A DNA stretch of 64,000 nt from Opitutales bacterium. GTDB lineage: Bacteria; Verrucomicrobiota; Verrucomicrobiia; Opitutales; PNEW01. The stretch covers positions 128,001-192,000 of the forward strand of contig CBDANS010000005.1 in assembly GCA_965197745.1 (NCBI GenBank), read 5' to 3'. Below, in pieces: positions 63,663 through 64,000 of this stretch. The first letter of the stretch is position 1. Each line of letters starts with the position of its first letter. The position numbers and the translations under genes were made by a program. Under the pieces are notes generated by a model. It made no database searches, was not told where the DNA came from, and worked only from the letters and a program-made list of their open reading frames with translations.

Positions 63663-64000
63663 ATGAAGCAACGGTTAACCTGGACTCGCATGCTCCCATC
63701 GCATGTAATAAAGAATCTTGCTACCCTGGGTCCTCTTGGTTACTGGGGTAAAGCTCCAGGGACTGTAGGATCCATTGCAGGAGTTCTCTGGTTTACGGTT
63801 TTATTCTTACCCCTGACTCTCTTTGGGTTTTTGATCGCCTTTATCTTTACTGCATATTTAGCGACGGAAATTTGCGGTGAAGCTGAAGAGCGAATGTTTA
63901 AGGACGATCCCCGTGAAATTATTCTCGACGAATTCGTCGCCATGCCACTGTGTTATCTTGGACTGCAACCCTATATGTATATGCACAGGGAGTTCTTATG
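63663..64000 (+). CDS. pgpA: Phosphatidylglycerophosphatase A (runs off the right edge of the window)
   Basis: Manual translation MKQRLTW...GYWGKAPGTVGS...KDDPREIILDEFVAM; directly follows pgsA. Confidence 0.9.
   Translation, partial: MKQRLTWTRMLPSHVIKNLATLGPLGYWGKAPGTVGSIAGVLWFTVLFLPLTLFGFLIAFIFTAYLATEICGEAEERMFKDDPREIILDEFVAMPLCYLGLQPYMYMHREFL

Overview
Chromosomal window of a moderate-GC bacterium. Gene content and order (ileS-dksA-lspA, long GreA, zwf-opcA, a PilV/W/X-like minor pilin trio, an Ig-domain surface protein) suggest Verrucomicrobiota, probably Opitutales; this is inference from family resemblance. Most of it is housekeeping: zwf, tyrS, acnA, trpB, trpA, ileS, lspA, riboflavin synthase, ispE, ptsI, greA, rsmB, miaA, panB, gpsA, coaD, pgsA, pgpA. 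Accessory parts are two small catabolic enzyme clusters, a STAS/PP2C pair, a minor-pilin operon, an HtrA protease plus pseudoprotease pair, a mosaic surface protein and a kinase-kinase-adenylate cyclase signalling cluster. No rRNA, tRNA, CRISPR array or transposase was seen. Main observations: (i) a PilB/GspE ATPase missing from the ORF track carries an N-terminal GAF domain resembling cyclic-nucleotide-binding GAFs; (ii) the surface protein has a sharp internal GC step separating an N-terminal passenger from an Ig plus C-terminal module; (iii) two REP-like hairpins share the same C/T mismatch, and one sits beside a ~190-nt multi-hairpin ncRNA candidate; (iv) at least seven reading-frame lesions occur, all in accessory or non-essential genes, four of them within ~3.6 kb of the pilin locus. 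Those lesions may be real decay or consensus error.
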